Below are positions 44,487 to 53,702 of a DNA stretch of 64,000 nt, piece by piece (within the stretch, counting starts at the first letter, position 1; the number at the start of each line of letters is the position of its first letter). The position numbers and the translations under genes were made by a program. Location: positions 30,668 to 94,667 of the forward strand of contig CAZJDZ010000002.1 in NCBI GenBank assembly GCA_964544935.1. The letters run 5' to 3'. The stretch comes from an uncultured Candidatus Saccharibacteria bacterium (GTDB lineage: Bacteria; Patescibacteriota; Minisyncoccia; Phycocordibacterales; UBA5272). A model generated the notes under the pieces. It had not been told where the DNA came from and searched no databases. It was given only the letters and a program-made list of their open reading frames with translations.

Positions 44487-44526
44487 AAAATAAAAAAAGA
44501 AAAAGCGGCCCTTGTGGGGTCGCTCT
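44487..44526 (-). terminator. Minus-strand terminator (gcggccc-ttgt-ggggtcgc with a long U-tract on the minus strand)
   Basis: The A-run at 44485-44505 on the plus strand is the U-tract on the minus strand. Confidence 0.55.
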
Positions 44527-44553
44527 TTGCACTACCAAGTAATTTCCTTGGCT

Positions 44554-44766
44554 TTACCTTTTTGCTTTTGGGTAGATTGGACGGTCTGTCCCGCCACCGT
44601 TAGTATGTCGCCCATCACCAGAAAGCGCCATCTGCGTCACCTTGATGACATGTGCGCGAGTATGACAAGCGTACACATGGTTCTGAAGCAGTTTGGGTTC
44701 AGAGATGGAACATGTCCCAAGTTTGCTACAGCCGATACAGCTGGTGTCGTTTACTTTTTCGGTCAT
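44554..44766 (-). CDS. Small hypothetical Cys-containing protein, 70 aa, GC-richer than the flanks
   Basis: SD ggaggtgg followed by ATG; overlaps the stop of the upstream small ORF. CIGCSKLGTC motif. Confidence 0.4.
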   Translation of the reverse strand: MTEKVNDTSCIGCSKLGTCSISEPKLLQNHVYACHTRAHVIKVTQMALSGDGRHTNGGGTDRPIYPKAKR

Positions 44767-44954
44767 GAGCCACCTCCTTCTTGAGGAGGGGTGTCTTGGA
44801 TATTGCGAAGATGGTCCAGAATCTCTTCTGGGAAATAGCAGTCAGCACCACCAACACCATAGTATTCAGCTTCACGAGCTGCACGGTTTTGACTATCGAT
44901 CGCAGGATTCCCCGCGCTACTTCCGGGCATTCCGGATCTTTTTTCTTGTGCCAT
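44763..44954 (-). CDS. Small hypothetical protein, 63 aa (MAQEKRSGMPGSS...)
   Basis: ATG preceded by ggag. The ORF track extends it upstream without RBS support. Confidence 0.4.
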   Translation of the reverse strand: MAQEKRSGMPGSSAGNPAIDSQNRAAREAEYYGVGGADCYFPEEILDHLRNIQDTPPQEGGGS

Positions 44955-45113
44955 AGGAATTCTCCATTCTTTTATATTTAATGAACTTCTGATTCTCGTG
45001 TGTCTATCTTTATACCAAGTTAATGGTTCATAGACTTTACGAGAGGCGTAGATGCCTTTTCTTACGATATCTTCCGTTTGAATAAGGCAAGAATATATAG
45101 TACAATACATCCA

Positions 45114-46331
45114 ATGAAAAAGCAAGACCTGACAGAACTTAAGCTTCCGGATGCTCCGGGAGTGTATTTTTTCCGTGATGAAGAGGGAAATATTTTATAT
45201 ATAGGGAAAGCAACTTTTTTGAAGGATAGAGTACGAAGTTACTTCAATCCAGATCTTATGAAGAGTAGAGGGTTGCGACTTGTAACCATGGTTACCCTTG
45301 CCAAGACCGTAACCTATCAAGAAACAGGGAGTGTGCTTGAAGCGCTTCTTCTTGAAAGTAAACTAATCAAGGAGCATGATCCTGTCTATAATGTCAAAGA
45401 AAAAGATGACAAAAGTTTCACTTGTGTTGTTATTACCAAGGAACAATTTCCTCGAGTTCTTGCTATGCGTATTCGTGACTATGAGAAGAAATTTACCAAG
45501 AAAGATGTGTCTGTTGTGTACGGCCCATTTGCTTCACTCTCACAGTTACGCGAAGCCATGAAGATTATCAGAAAGCTTTTTCCATATAGAGATACCTGTG
45601 AGTTAGGAAGCACTAAGCCATGCTTCAATGCTCAGATCAAGCTATGTCCTTCAGTTTGTATAGGACAAATATCTGAAATTGATTACAAGAAAAATATAGC
45701 AAATATCAAGAAACTATTTGAAGGTAAAAAGACAGAAATTGTAGCTTCACTTCAAAAGGACATGAATGATTATGCTAAAAGACATTTATTTGAGAAGGCT
45801 GCTTCAGTGCGCAACACACTGTATGCTTTAGATCACATAAAAGATATAAGTCTTATCAAGGAAGACGAAGTTTTGTCTTTTAAGAATAATAGCTTCCGTA
45901 TCGAAGCGTATGACGCTGCCCATATATCAGGGACATCTCGAGTGGGGGTGATGGTTGTCCTTGAAGGGCATCAGATTGAAAAAAATGAATACCGAAAGTT
46001 CAAGCTAGAAGAAAAAATAAATGACGACTATGAAGGACTTCGTCAAATTCTAACTCGTCGTTTTGGACACAAGGAGTGGCGCTTCCCGGACCTTGTGGTT
46101 ATTGACGGAGGGCTTGCGCACAAGCAAGTTGCAGAAAAAGTTCTGGCATCTCTTGGGCTTCTCATTCCATGTGTGTCAGTTGTAAAAGATGAGCGCCATA
46201 AACCAAAAGACATTCTTGGGGATAAAGTACATGTGGATTACCATAAAAAGGATATACTTTTAGCTAATGCCGAAGCACATCGATTTGCAATAGGGTATCA
46301 CAAAACCTTACGAAATAAGCTTCTCTTTTAG
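45114..46331 (+). CDS. uvrC: UvrC-like excinuclease (GIY-YIG plus RNase-H-like endonuclease domain), short, apparently without the C-terminal HhH2
   Basis: GVYFFRDEEGNILYIGKA GIY-YIG motif. C-terminal region AAHISGTSRVGVMVVLEG...VIDGGLAHKQ. ATG at 45114 is preferred over the TTG at 45078. Confidence 0.8.
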   Translation: MKKQDLTELKLPDAPGVYFFRDEEGNILYIGKATFLKDRVRSYFNPDLMKSRGLRLVTMVTLAKTVTYQETGSVLEALLLESKLIKEHDPVYNVKEKDDKSFTCVVITKEQFPRVLAMRIRDYEKKFTKKDVSVVYGPFASLSQLREAMKIIRKLFPYRDTCELGSTKPCFNAQIKLCPSVCIGQISEIDYKKNIANIKKLFEGKKTEIVASLQKDMNDYAKRHLFEKAASVRNTLYALDHIKDISLIKEDEVLSFKNNSFRIEAYDAAHISGTSRVGVMVVLEGHQIEKNEYRKFKLEEKINDDYEGLRQILTRRFGHKEWRFPDLVVIDGGLAHKQVAEKVLASLGLLIPCVSVVKDERHKPKDILGDKVHVDYHKKDILLANAEAHRFAIGYHKTLRNKLLF

Positions 46332-46462
46332 CACTGACAAATGAGTGTCAATGCTTACTATTGACATGGAAGTGAAAGACAAAAATAATGGCTTTTACAC
46401 TCTAGCGTGTACACTTTAGATATTAGTAAATGATGTAAAAATAAAATATTTTTAAGCGTGGT

Positions 46463-49429
46463 ATGGCTATTTTGCAAATAATTAAGAAAAGAAATGGAGA
46501 GATGGTTCCTTTTGATGGAGAGAAGATTGAGAAGGCAATCAAAAAAGCTTTCATCAGCATTACTCGCGAAGAGAAGGCAGAAGTTGCTAAACATATTTCT
46601 GAGCTCGTAGCTAAAGAGCTTGAGCTCGAAGCAATGACTCGCGACGGGTATGTTCCAACAGTTGAGCATACACAGGATCTTGTAGAAAAGCACATCATGG
46701 GGGCTGGTTTTTTTGACGTCGCAAAAGCTTACATCATTTATCGCTACGAACGTACAAAAGAACGTGAAGAAGAAAAACTTGAGACACTTGAAAAAGTAGA
46801 AGAAGGAGGGCTCTACATTACGAAGAAGAACGGCAAGAAAGAAAAGTTTAATCTTGAGAAAGTTAGAAAGTCAGTTTCGTATGTGATTACAGGGTATGAA
46901 AAAGAAGTTAATCTTGACCAGATTGTTAATCAGGTAAAGCTTGAGGTATACGAAGGGATGAGTACTTCCGAAATTCGTAAGGCGGTCATCATGACTGTAC
47001 GTTCAATGATTGAGCAGGATCCTATCTATTCATATGTTGCGTCTCGTATGATTCTCGCACAGATTAATGAGGATCTTCTCGGAGAAAAAATAGACTATAG
47101 TACTATTGATGTTCAGTACCAAGCTACATTCATTGATAGTATTACAAAAGGAGTTGAAAGAGGGCTTCTTGATGCTCGTATGAAAGACTTCGATTTAACT
47201 CGTCTCTCAAAGGCTATCGTTAAGTCTCGCGACGAGTTATTTATGTATCTCGGCTCTCAGACACTCTATGAGCGTTACCTCGTACGTGATGTAGAAGGTG
47301 ACGGAAAGATCATCGAAAACATCCAAGGCTTCTGGATGCGTATCGCTATGGGTATCGCACTTGGGGAAAAAGAACTCGATCGCACTACACGCGCAATCGA
47401 ATTTTATGAAGCGATGTCCACACTCCGTTTCGTTCCATCATCACCAACACTCTTCCATGCAGGAACAAAGCACCCACAGCTCTCATCATGTTACCTCAAC
47501 ACTGTAGGTGACTCTCTTGAGTCTATTTTTAAGGTCTATGCAGATAATGCACAGCTCTCTAAGTGGGCAGGAGGTATCGGAACTAACTGGACCTCTGTTC
47601 GTGCATCAGGTGCACTTGTGAAGAAGTCAGGTATCAAGTCAAATGGGCTTGTTCCTTTTCTTAAGATTGCAAACGATGTAACTGTTGCTATTAACCGTTC
47701 AGGACGCCGCCGAGGTGCAACATGTGTATATATAGAGAACTGGCACTACGATGTTGACGAATTCTTGGAGCTTCGTAAGAACACTGGAGATGATCGTCGC
47801 CGAACACACGACATGGATACTGCGCTCTGGATTTCTGACCTCTTCATGAAGCGCGCTCAGAATGATGAAGATTGGACACTTTTCTCACCAGATGAAGTTC
47901 CAGAACTTTCTGAAACATACGGAGATGTATTTGAGAAGCACTATGAGAACTACGAAAAGCTCGCCAAGGAAGGTAAGGTAAAAGTGTTCAAGCAGATTAA
48001 GGCTCGCGAACTTTGGCGTAAGATGATCACTATGCTTTACGAAACAGGTCACCCTTGGATTACATTTAAGGATCCTTCAAACATTCGTTCACCACAGGAT
48101 CATGCTGGAGTTGTTCATAACTCAAACCTCTGTACTGAAATTACACTCAACAACTCACTCGATGAGACTGCTGTATGTAACCTAGGATCACTCAACTATC
48201 AGCGTCTTATGCGTAATGGTAAGTTCGATGTAGATCTCGTAGCTGCTACTACTCGTACAGCTATCCGTATGCTCGATAACGTAATCGACGTCAACTACTA
48301 CCCAACTATCGAAGCAAAGAACAGTAATATGAAGCATCGCCCGATTGGACTCGGTCTCATGGGCTTCCACGATGCTCTCTATATGATGAATATCAACTTT
48401 GATTCTGATGAAGCGGTACAGTTCGCTGATGAATCTATGGAGCTCATCTCATACCACGCTATTCTTTCATCATCTGAGCTTGCTCGTGAGCGTGGGGCAT
48501 ACTCAAGTTATAAGGGAAGTAAATGGGATAGAAATATTTTCCCAGTAGATACTATTGCTCTCCTTGAGAAGAGCCGTGGAGTTGAGATCCCTGTTAGTAA
48601 AACAGGCAAGCTCGACTGGACACCAGTACGCGCATCAGTGAAGCAGTTCGGTATGCGTAACTCAAACACTATGGCGATGGCACCAACTGCAACTATCTCT
48701 AACATCGCAGGATCTGTCCCATGTATCGAACCTATCTATAAGAACATCTACGTGAAGTCAAACATGAACGGTGAGTTCATTATTGTGAACCCATACCTCG
48801 TAGATGATCTCAAGGCACTTAACCTTTGGGACTTCGAGATGATCGGACTTCTCAAGTACAACGATGGTTCAGTAAAAGATATCCCATCTATTCCGGCACA
48901 CCTTAAGGATAAGTACAAGGAAGTGTTCCAGATTGATCCATCATGGCTTATCAAGTCAGCTGCGTCTCGTGGCAAGTGGGTTGACCAGTCACAGTCACTT
49001 AACATTTACTTCGCAGGCACATCAGGGCGCGAGCTTGCTAACATCTATGAGTACGCATGGTCACTTGGTCTTAAGACAACATACTATCTACGATCACTCG
49101 GTGCATCTCAGGTAGAGAAGAGTACAGTTAATGCGTCTGAGTTCGGTTCTACACACAAGCGTGATGCTGGAGCTGATTCAACAACAGCAAGTGCAATGGG
49201 GACTCAGATCAGTTCTCCTGTTGCAAGTGCTCTCTCTTCAGCAGTTGCGCAGACTGCAGTAGTAGCTACTCCAGAAGTAGTGGTACCTATCGCTTCAGTT
49301 GTATCTCCTATCCCGTCAATGGTTAAAAATATAACTCCTACAGAACAGCCGGTAATGGCAGAACAAGCCCCGAAAATGAAGTACAAAATCACTGTTATGC
49401 CAGAAGCAACATGTGATGGATGTCAGTAG
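46463..49429 (+). CDS. nrdA: Class I ribonucleotide reductase alpha subunit with an N-terminal ATP cone and an Ala/Ser/Val-rich C-terminal extension ending CDGCQ
   Basis: ATP-cone at the N-terminus, catalytic Cys/Asn/Glu region (NLCTEI), C-terminal Cys pair. Confidence 0.92.
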   Translation: MAILQIIKKRNGEMVPFDGEKIEKAIKKAFISITREEKAEVAKHISELVAKELELEAMTRDGYVPTVEHTQDLVEKHIMGAGFFDVAKAYIIYRYERTKEREEEKLETLEKVEEGGLYITKKNGKKEKFNLEKVRKSVSYVITGYEKEVNLDQIVNQVKLEVYEGMSTSEIRKAVIMTVRSMIEQDPIYSYVASRMILAQINEDLLGEKIDYSTIDVQYQATFIDSITKGVERGLLDARMKDFDLTRLSKAIVKSRDELFMYLGSQTLYERYLVRDVEGDGKIIENIQGFWMRIAMGIALGEKELDRTTRAIEFYEAMSTLRFVPSSPTLFHAGTKHPQLSSCYLNTVGDSLESIFKVYADNAQLSKWAGGIGTNWTSVRASGALVKKSGIKSNGLVPFLKIANDVTVAINRSGRRRGATCVYIENWHYDVDEFLELRKNTGDDRRRTHDMDTALWISDLFMKRAQNDEDWTLFSPDEVPELSETYGDVFEKHYENYEKLAKEGKVKVFKQIKARELWRKMITMLYETGHPWITFKDPSNIRSPQDHAGVVHNSNLCTEITLNNSLDETAVCNLGSLNYQRLMRNGKFDVDLVAATTRTAIRMLDNVIDVNYYPTIEAKNSNMKHRPIGLGLMGFHDALYMMNINFDSDEAVQFADESMELISYHAILSSSELARERGAYSSYKGSKWDRNIFPVDTIALLEKSRGVEIPVSKTGKLDWTPVRASVKQFGMRNSNTMAMAPTATISNIAGSVPCIEPIYKNIYVKSNMNGEFIIVNPYLVDDLKALNLWDFEMIGLLKYNDGSVKDIPSIPAHLKDKYKEVFQIDPSWLIKSAASRGKWVDQSQSLNIYFAGTSGRELANIYEYAWSLGLKTTYYLRSLGASQVEKSTVNASEFGSTHKRDAGADSTTASAMGTQISSPVASALSSAVAQTAVVATPEVVVPIASVVSPIPSMVKNITPTEQPVMAEQAPKMKYKITVMPEATCDGCQ

Positions 49430-49580
49430 GAAGCAGGGAAGATCGTCACCAAAAAAGAGTTACCAGTACAGTGAATCATCTACCTTGCACAGAGGATTGC
49501 CTCAAGGTACAATAAATTTACTTTACGTTTTAGAAAGAATGTAGTATCACTCAACAATTATTAGTAATCACATCATCTGT

Positions 49581-50651
49581 ATGACACAACCAGAAATAAC
49601 ACCAACCACACAGAAACCAATTATCGATCGCACAGCGGGGCGTGTTGATATCAATAAACGCAAGATCATCAACGGTGCTGACGCTGATGTGGTACAGCTC
49701 TGGCCTATCAAGCACAAGTTTGCATGGGATGCATATAATGTCGGTAACGCTAACCACTGGCTACCTACGGAGATCAGTATGCAGTCAGATATCGAACAGT
49801 GGAGGGCGCAGAATGTTCTCACAGATGATGAGCGTCACGCGTTCCGTATGGTGCTTGGTTTCTTCACAACAGCGGACTCAATCGCCGCTAACAACCTCGT
49901 ACTTGCTTTCTACAAGCACATCACATCTCCTGAAGCGAGACTCTACCTCCTTCGTCAGGCGTACGAAGAAGCTATTCATACACAGGCGTATCAGTACATT
50001 GTAGAATCTCTCGGGCTCGATGGAACAGAGATCTTCAACATGTACCGCGAAGTGGATGCTATCTACAACAAGGAAGAATTCATTCTTTCTTTTAACACAG
50101 GTATCTTTGATCCTAACTTTAAGACAGGTACGCTTGAGAATGATCAGAAGTTCCTTGAGAACATGTGTGTCTTCTCTCTTATTCTTGAAGGAGTATTCTT
50201 CTACTCATCGTTTGCGGTGATGTTTGGTTTCCAGCGTCAGAACAAGCTCGTAGGATCTGCAGAACAGATTCAGTACATCATGCGTGATGAGAGTACTCAT
50301 ATGAACTTCGGTATCGACATGATCAACACCATCAAGCAGGAGCAACCAGAACTCTGGACGCCAGCATTCGTAGAGCGTATCACTAACCTTATGCGTAAGG
50401 CAGTACAGCTCGAGTATGAGTATGCTGTAGGAGTATTCCCTAAGGGTATCTTTGGGTTAAATGCAGATGGATTCAAGCAGTACATCGAGCATATCGCAGA
50501 TCGTAGACTTGCCCGTGTAGGTATCGAGGCGATCTATGGATCCACAAACCCATTCCCGTGGATGTCAGAGGCGGTTGATCTTAACAAGGAGAAGAATTTC
50601 TTCGAGACACGAGTAACAGAATATAAGACTGGAGGAACCCTATCTTGGTAA
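49581..50651 (+). CDS. nrdB: Class I ribonucleotide reductase beta subunit
   Basis: Di-iron ligands (EEAIHTQAY and EGVFFYSSFAV...DESTHMNF) and the tyrosyl-radical region. Confidence 0.92.
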   Translation: MTQPEITPTTQKPIIDRTAGRVDINKRKIINGADADVVQLWPIKHKFAWDAYNVGNANHWLPTEISMQSDIEQWRAQNVLTDDERHAFRMVLGFFTTADSIAANNLVLAFYKHITSPEARLYLLRQAYEEAIHTQAYQYIVESLGLDGTEIFNMYREVDAIYNKEEFILSFNTGIFDPNFKTGTLENDQKFLENMCVFSLILEGVFFYSSFAVMFGFQRQNKLVGSAEQIQYIMRDESTHMNFGIDMINTIKQEQPELWTPAFVERITNLMRKAVQLEYEYAVGVFPKGIFGLNADGFKQYIEHIADRRLARVGIEAIYGSTNPFPWMSEAVDLNKEKNFFETRVTEYKTGGTLSW

Positions 50652-50777
50652 TTATTTCACAATAAATTACTTCATCTACTTCGTTACGGAGCCTCGTTTG
50701 CTCCTCAACGTAGGAGTACTACGTCTCCTTCGCAAACACTCCATGTCTCGCATCTAAAGCAATTTCTTGCAAAATAA

Positions 50778-51740
50778 ATGACTGAAACAAATAGTCCAGC
50801 AAAATACTTGTATGATTCATTAAGTAATTTTTCTGATCTACAGCGTCTTATAGATGACGGAGAGAGTGAGGGGCAATATCTAGAATGCAAGACCAATGGC
50901 GGTTCTCAAGTTCCCGCAGGAACAAAAGCCCAGTTTTCAAAAGCTGTATCAGCTTTTTCAAATTCTGGTGGTGGGGTGATTGTTTGGGGTGTATCAACAA
51001 TAAATCAGACTCATACAGGACTTGATATATTAACTCAAATTGAACCTATTGGAAATATTAAAAATTTTCAAAAGCAACTAAATTTGAGCCTTCATTCACT
51101 GATGGAACCACAAATTCGAGGTTATGAGTCTAAAATAATTTTAGAAAATAAAAATGACACCAGAGGAGTGCTTATTTCATATGTTCCACCTGTTGACGGT
51201 GATCCTGTAAGGGTGCTTGCTGATGGAAAATTTTGGATAAGAAGCGGTAGCGTTAGTAGTCCGATGTCATACGAAATGATAAAAAGAATGTTTGCTGGAG
51301 CCAATGGTCCTGATATTGAAGTTCACTTTGATGAAAGGTTGATAGAAATAAATAAAACTGATAATAGTTGGACTATTCCTATTATTCTCAGTAATAAGTC
51401 AAGCGCTGTAGCGAAAGATGTCGAAATTTCAGTTACAATTATTAATGATGATGCTTGCTCGCATATATCCGGACAAAATTTCCAGGATCAATCAGCATTA
51501 AATCCTGGTAAAAAAATCTTAATGGGTGCCAGTCAAAAATCAATTTATAAAGGGAAGGATATTATGGTTGGGAAATTAAACATAAAGATGAAAATAAAAG
51601 AAGTAAGATTAACAAGAAAATTATCTTTAGGGATTAATATCTTTTGTTCTGAAATGCGAGCAAAATCATACTCAGTTACTATTTTATTAACCCAAAAAGG
51701 ATTTGTTCTCAAAGATATGAAAGCTGGGTACCTTTACTAA
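50778..51740 (+). CDS. AlbA_2 (Schlafen-like divergent ATP-binding) domain protein
   Basis: [14 protein letters not shown]...[17 protein letters not shown] matches the AlbA_2 N-terminal signature (E..EfK ... AFaNt.GG.iliGV). Confidence 0.6.
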   Translation: MTETNSPAKYLYDSLSNFSDLQRLIDDGESEGQYLECKTNGGSQVPAGTKAQFSKAVSAFSNSGGGVIVWGVSTINQTHTGLDILTQIEPIGNIKNFQKQLNLSLHSLMEPQIRGYESKIILENKNDTRGVLISYVPPVDGDPVRVLADGKFWIRSGSVSSPMSYEMIKRMFAGANGPDIEVHFDERLIEINKTDNSWTIPIILSNKSSAVAKDVEISVTIINDDACSHISGQNFQDQSALNPGKKILMGASQKSIYKGKDIMVGKLNIKMKIKEVRLTRKLSLGINIFCSEMRAKSYSVTILLTQKGFVLKDMKAGYLY

Positions 51741-51753
51741 CAGAAATATAACT

Positions 51754-52092
51754 ATGGACACAACAAAATTAATTATTGAGGATATTGTGGTCGGGGAAGG
51801 AGATGTGGCAAAGGCAGGGAACATGGTGACAGTACACTACATAGGGACACTCACTAATGGAACAATGTTTGATGCATCTCGTAACCATGGAGACAAAGGA
51901 TTCAGTTTCACTCTTGGTGCAGGGCAGGTGATCAAGGGATGGGACTTAGGAGTTGCCGGCATGAAGGTTGGAGGAAAGCGTAAGCTCACTATTCCATCTG
52001 ACCTCGCATACGGTGATCAAGCAGTTGGTGGAGTTATTCCCGCTAATTCAACACTCATCTTTGAAGTAGAACTTCTCAGTGTAGGTAAGTAA
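51754..52092 (+). CDS. FKBP-type peptidyl-prolyl cis-trans isomerase
   Basis: [16 protein letters not shown]...GQVIKGWD...[15 protein letters not shown]. Confidence 0.85.
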   Translation: MDTTKLIIEDIVVGEGDVAKAGNMVTVHYIGTLTNGTMFDASRNHGDKGFSFTLGAGQVIKGWDLGVAGMKVGGKRKLTIPSDLAYGDQAVGGVIPANSTLIFEVELLSVGK

Positions 52093-52108
52093 AAATAAAT
52101 CGTACATC

Positions 52109-52158
52109 AAAAATAGCTTCTTATGGACAATCGTTCATGAGAAGCTATTTTGTTATTT
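52109..52158 (+). terminator. Intrinsic terminator (aaaatagcttct...agaagctatttt followed by gttatttg)
   Basis: 12-bp stem plus T-rich tail. Confidence 0.7.
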
Positions 52159-52164
52159 GTAACT

Positions 52165-52460
52165 ACAGAAAAAGAAAAACCGAGGTTAGGTGAGCGCGTT
52201 GGCTTCCATTCCCTCGATTCAATTTTCGGGTACCTATTGCCAATACTCGCGACCACGAACGCTAAGGAAACTAAGGTTACCCTGAGCAAGGCCAGCCATT
52301 CGACTCCTTTCATTTAACCCGTCGTATCCTGCGGGACAGAGGCGAGGCTCCTATAGAGGATGGAGAAAGGGATTTAGATAGTTAACAAAGACTCCATCGT
52401 ATAAGATTTGGGCGTTGCGTGGTTAGGAGGTTGAAGGCTCCTAAATCCAGTGTAGCATTT
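52165..52460. ncRNA. Candidate structured non-coding RNA, ~300 nt, GC-rich; identity unresolved, with weak RNase P-like motifs such as GAGCAAGGCCA and GGCTCCTATAGAGG
   Basis: A GC-rich island inside a 470-nt intergenic gap bounded by a terminator and the next gene. Only a spurious-looking ORF present. No confident match to RNase P, tmRNA or SRP by eye. Confidence 0.3.
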
Positions 52461-52564
52461 TTGTATACCAAGGTAAGATTGACAGAGTAACGAGTATGTT
52501 CTTTTTTCTCTTTGCTAACAGCTAAGGACTACTAGCTAATCACTACGTTTGCTATACTATTTGT

Positions 52565-53509
52565 ATGTTAAAAGTCTCACATAGTCTCCCAGATATTGCT
52601 GTACTTCGTGGTGGCAATAAAGACTTCAAGCAGTCACTCATCGAAGGAGGTGAAGTGCTTGCTTCTCTTGTGAAGATTGGCTATGAACCGGTTGATGTAC
52701 TTATTGACCGTGACCTCACATGGACGTCGAAAGGTCTCCCAACTGACGCGCATGCTATCTATTCAAGAGCTCATACTGTAGTCGATACTACAGGAATGAG
52801 AGGGGAAGCGTATCAAGTGCTTGCTAAGAAGATGCAGATACCACTTATTTTTTCACATGGAGATGATGTGTCACTTAATCGTGAGGATCTCTACAGGGTG
52901 TTGCGACAGCAGAATATTAAAGTGCCAGACACGGTTGTGGTGCGAGCAAGTGCTCCACTTAATGATCAGATATTTCGTAACCTCTGGACCAAGTTCCATA
53001 CACCACTTCTTGTGCGACCTATTCATGCAGAACATGAAGCTCCTTCTAAGCTTGTAAAGATGTATCACGATCTCGAGAAGACTATTCGTGAATACCATGA
53101 GAAGGGGATAGACACCCATGTGCTCACCTATAGAAAGTATCACACTACTTCAATTGCAGTATTGCCACATTTTAGAAATGAAGAAGTATACACTCCTCTA
53201 TGGGTAGATACATTTCCATACGAAGGACAACTTCCGAACCGTGAGTCACGTATGAGCCCTCATCTTCAGTCTCCTGACTTTAGAAAAGAAAACATGAAAG
53301 CTGTTGCTACGAGGGTATACAAAGCGCTTGGTCTAGACAAGCCAGTATGTATCGATTTTATCAATCATAACAATGAGTATGTGGTGGTCAACGTAGACCT
53401 CACACCATCACTCAGAAAGGACAGTCGCTTCATGCAGTCTCTTGCAACAACTGGAGTGGATGCTGGGCATTATGTTCACGAATGTATCTTGCATGACATC
53501 GAAAGATAG
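52565..53509 (+). CDS. D-alanine--D-alanine ligase-like ATP-grasp protein
   Basis: N-terminal IAVLRGGNKDFKQSL...GYEPVDV and C-terminal VCIDFINHNNEYVVVNVDLTPSL resemble Ddl. Confidence 0.5.
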   Translation: MLKVSHSLPDIAVLRGGNKDFKQSLIEGGEVLASLVKIGYEPVDVLIDRDLTWTSKGLPTDAHAIYSRAHTVVDTTGMRGEAYQVLAKKMQIPLIFSHGDDVSLNREDLYRVLRQQNIKVPDTVVVRASAPLNDQIFRNLWTKFHTPLLVRPIHAEHEAPSKLVKMYHDLEKTIREYHEKGIDTHVLTYRKYHTTSIAVLPHFRNEEVYTPLWVDTFPYEGQLPNRESRMSPHLQSPDFRKENMKAVATRVYKALGLDKPVCIDFINHNNEYVVVNVDLTPSLRKDSRFMQSLATTGVDAGHYVHECILHDIER

Positions 53510-53594
53510 ACAAATCCTCGGGCTTATACTTGGTCTTCCAGTTGTTTTTGTTGTCCTGTATTTTTTATTAAAATAAAATGTTTTTACAAAATAT

Positions 53595-53622
53595 TGACTT
53601 ATATTGATTTTTATGGTATAAA
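53595..53622 (+). promoter_or_regulatory. Promoter TTGACT-N16-TATAAA upstream of the GC-rich KH-domain gene
   Basis: ttgacttatattgatttttatggTATAAA. An SD aggaggtg lies before the ATG at 53703. Confidence 0.45.
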
Positions 53623-53702
53623 GAAAAATGGTAGCAAACAGTACGTTTGCTGTTCATTGTAAGTGGGTAGCCATACCCATAAGCCTCTAGGAGGTGCATA
53701 AA

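Noticed and set aside
52107-52313. 68-aa minus-strand ORF inside the GC-rich intergenic island
   Set aside because: No RBS, it overlaps a terminator, and the region looks RNA-like. Treated as spurious.
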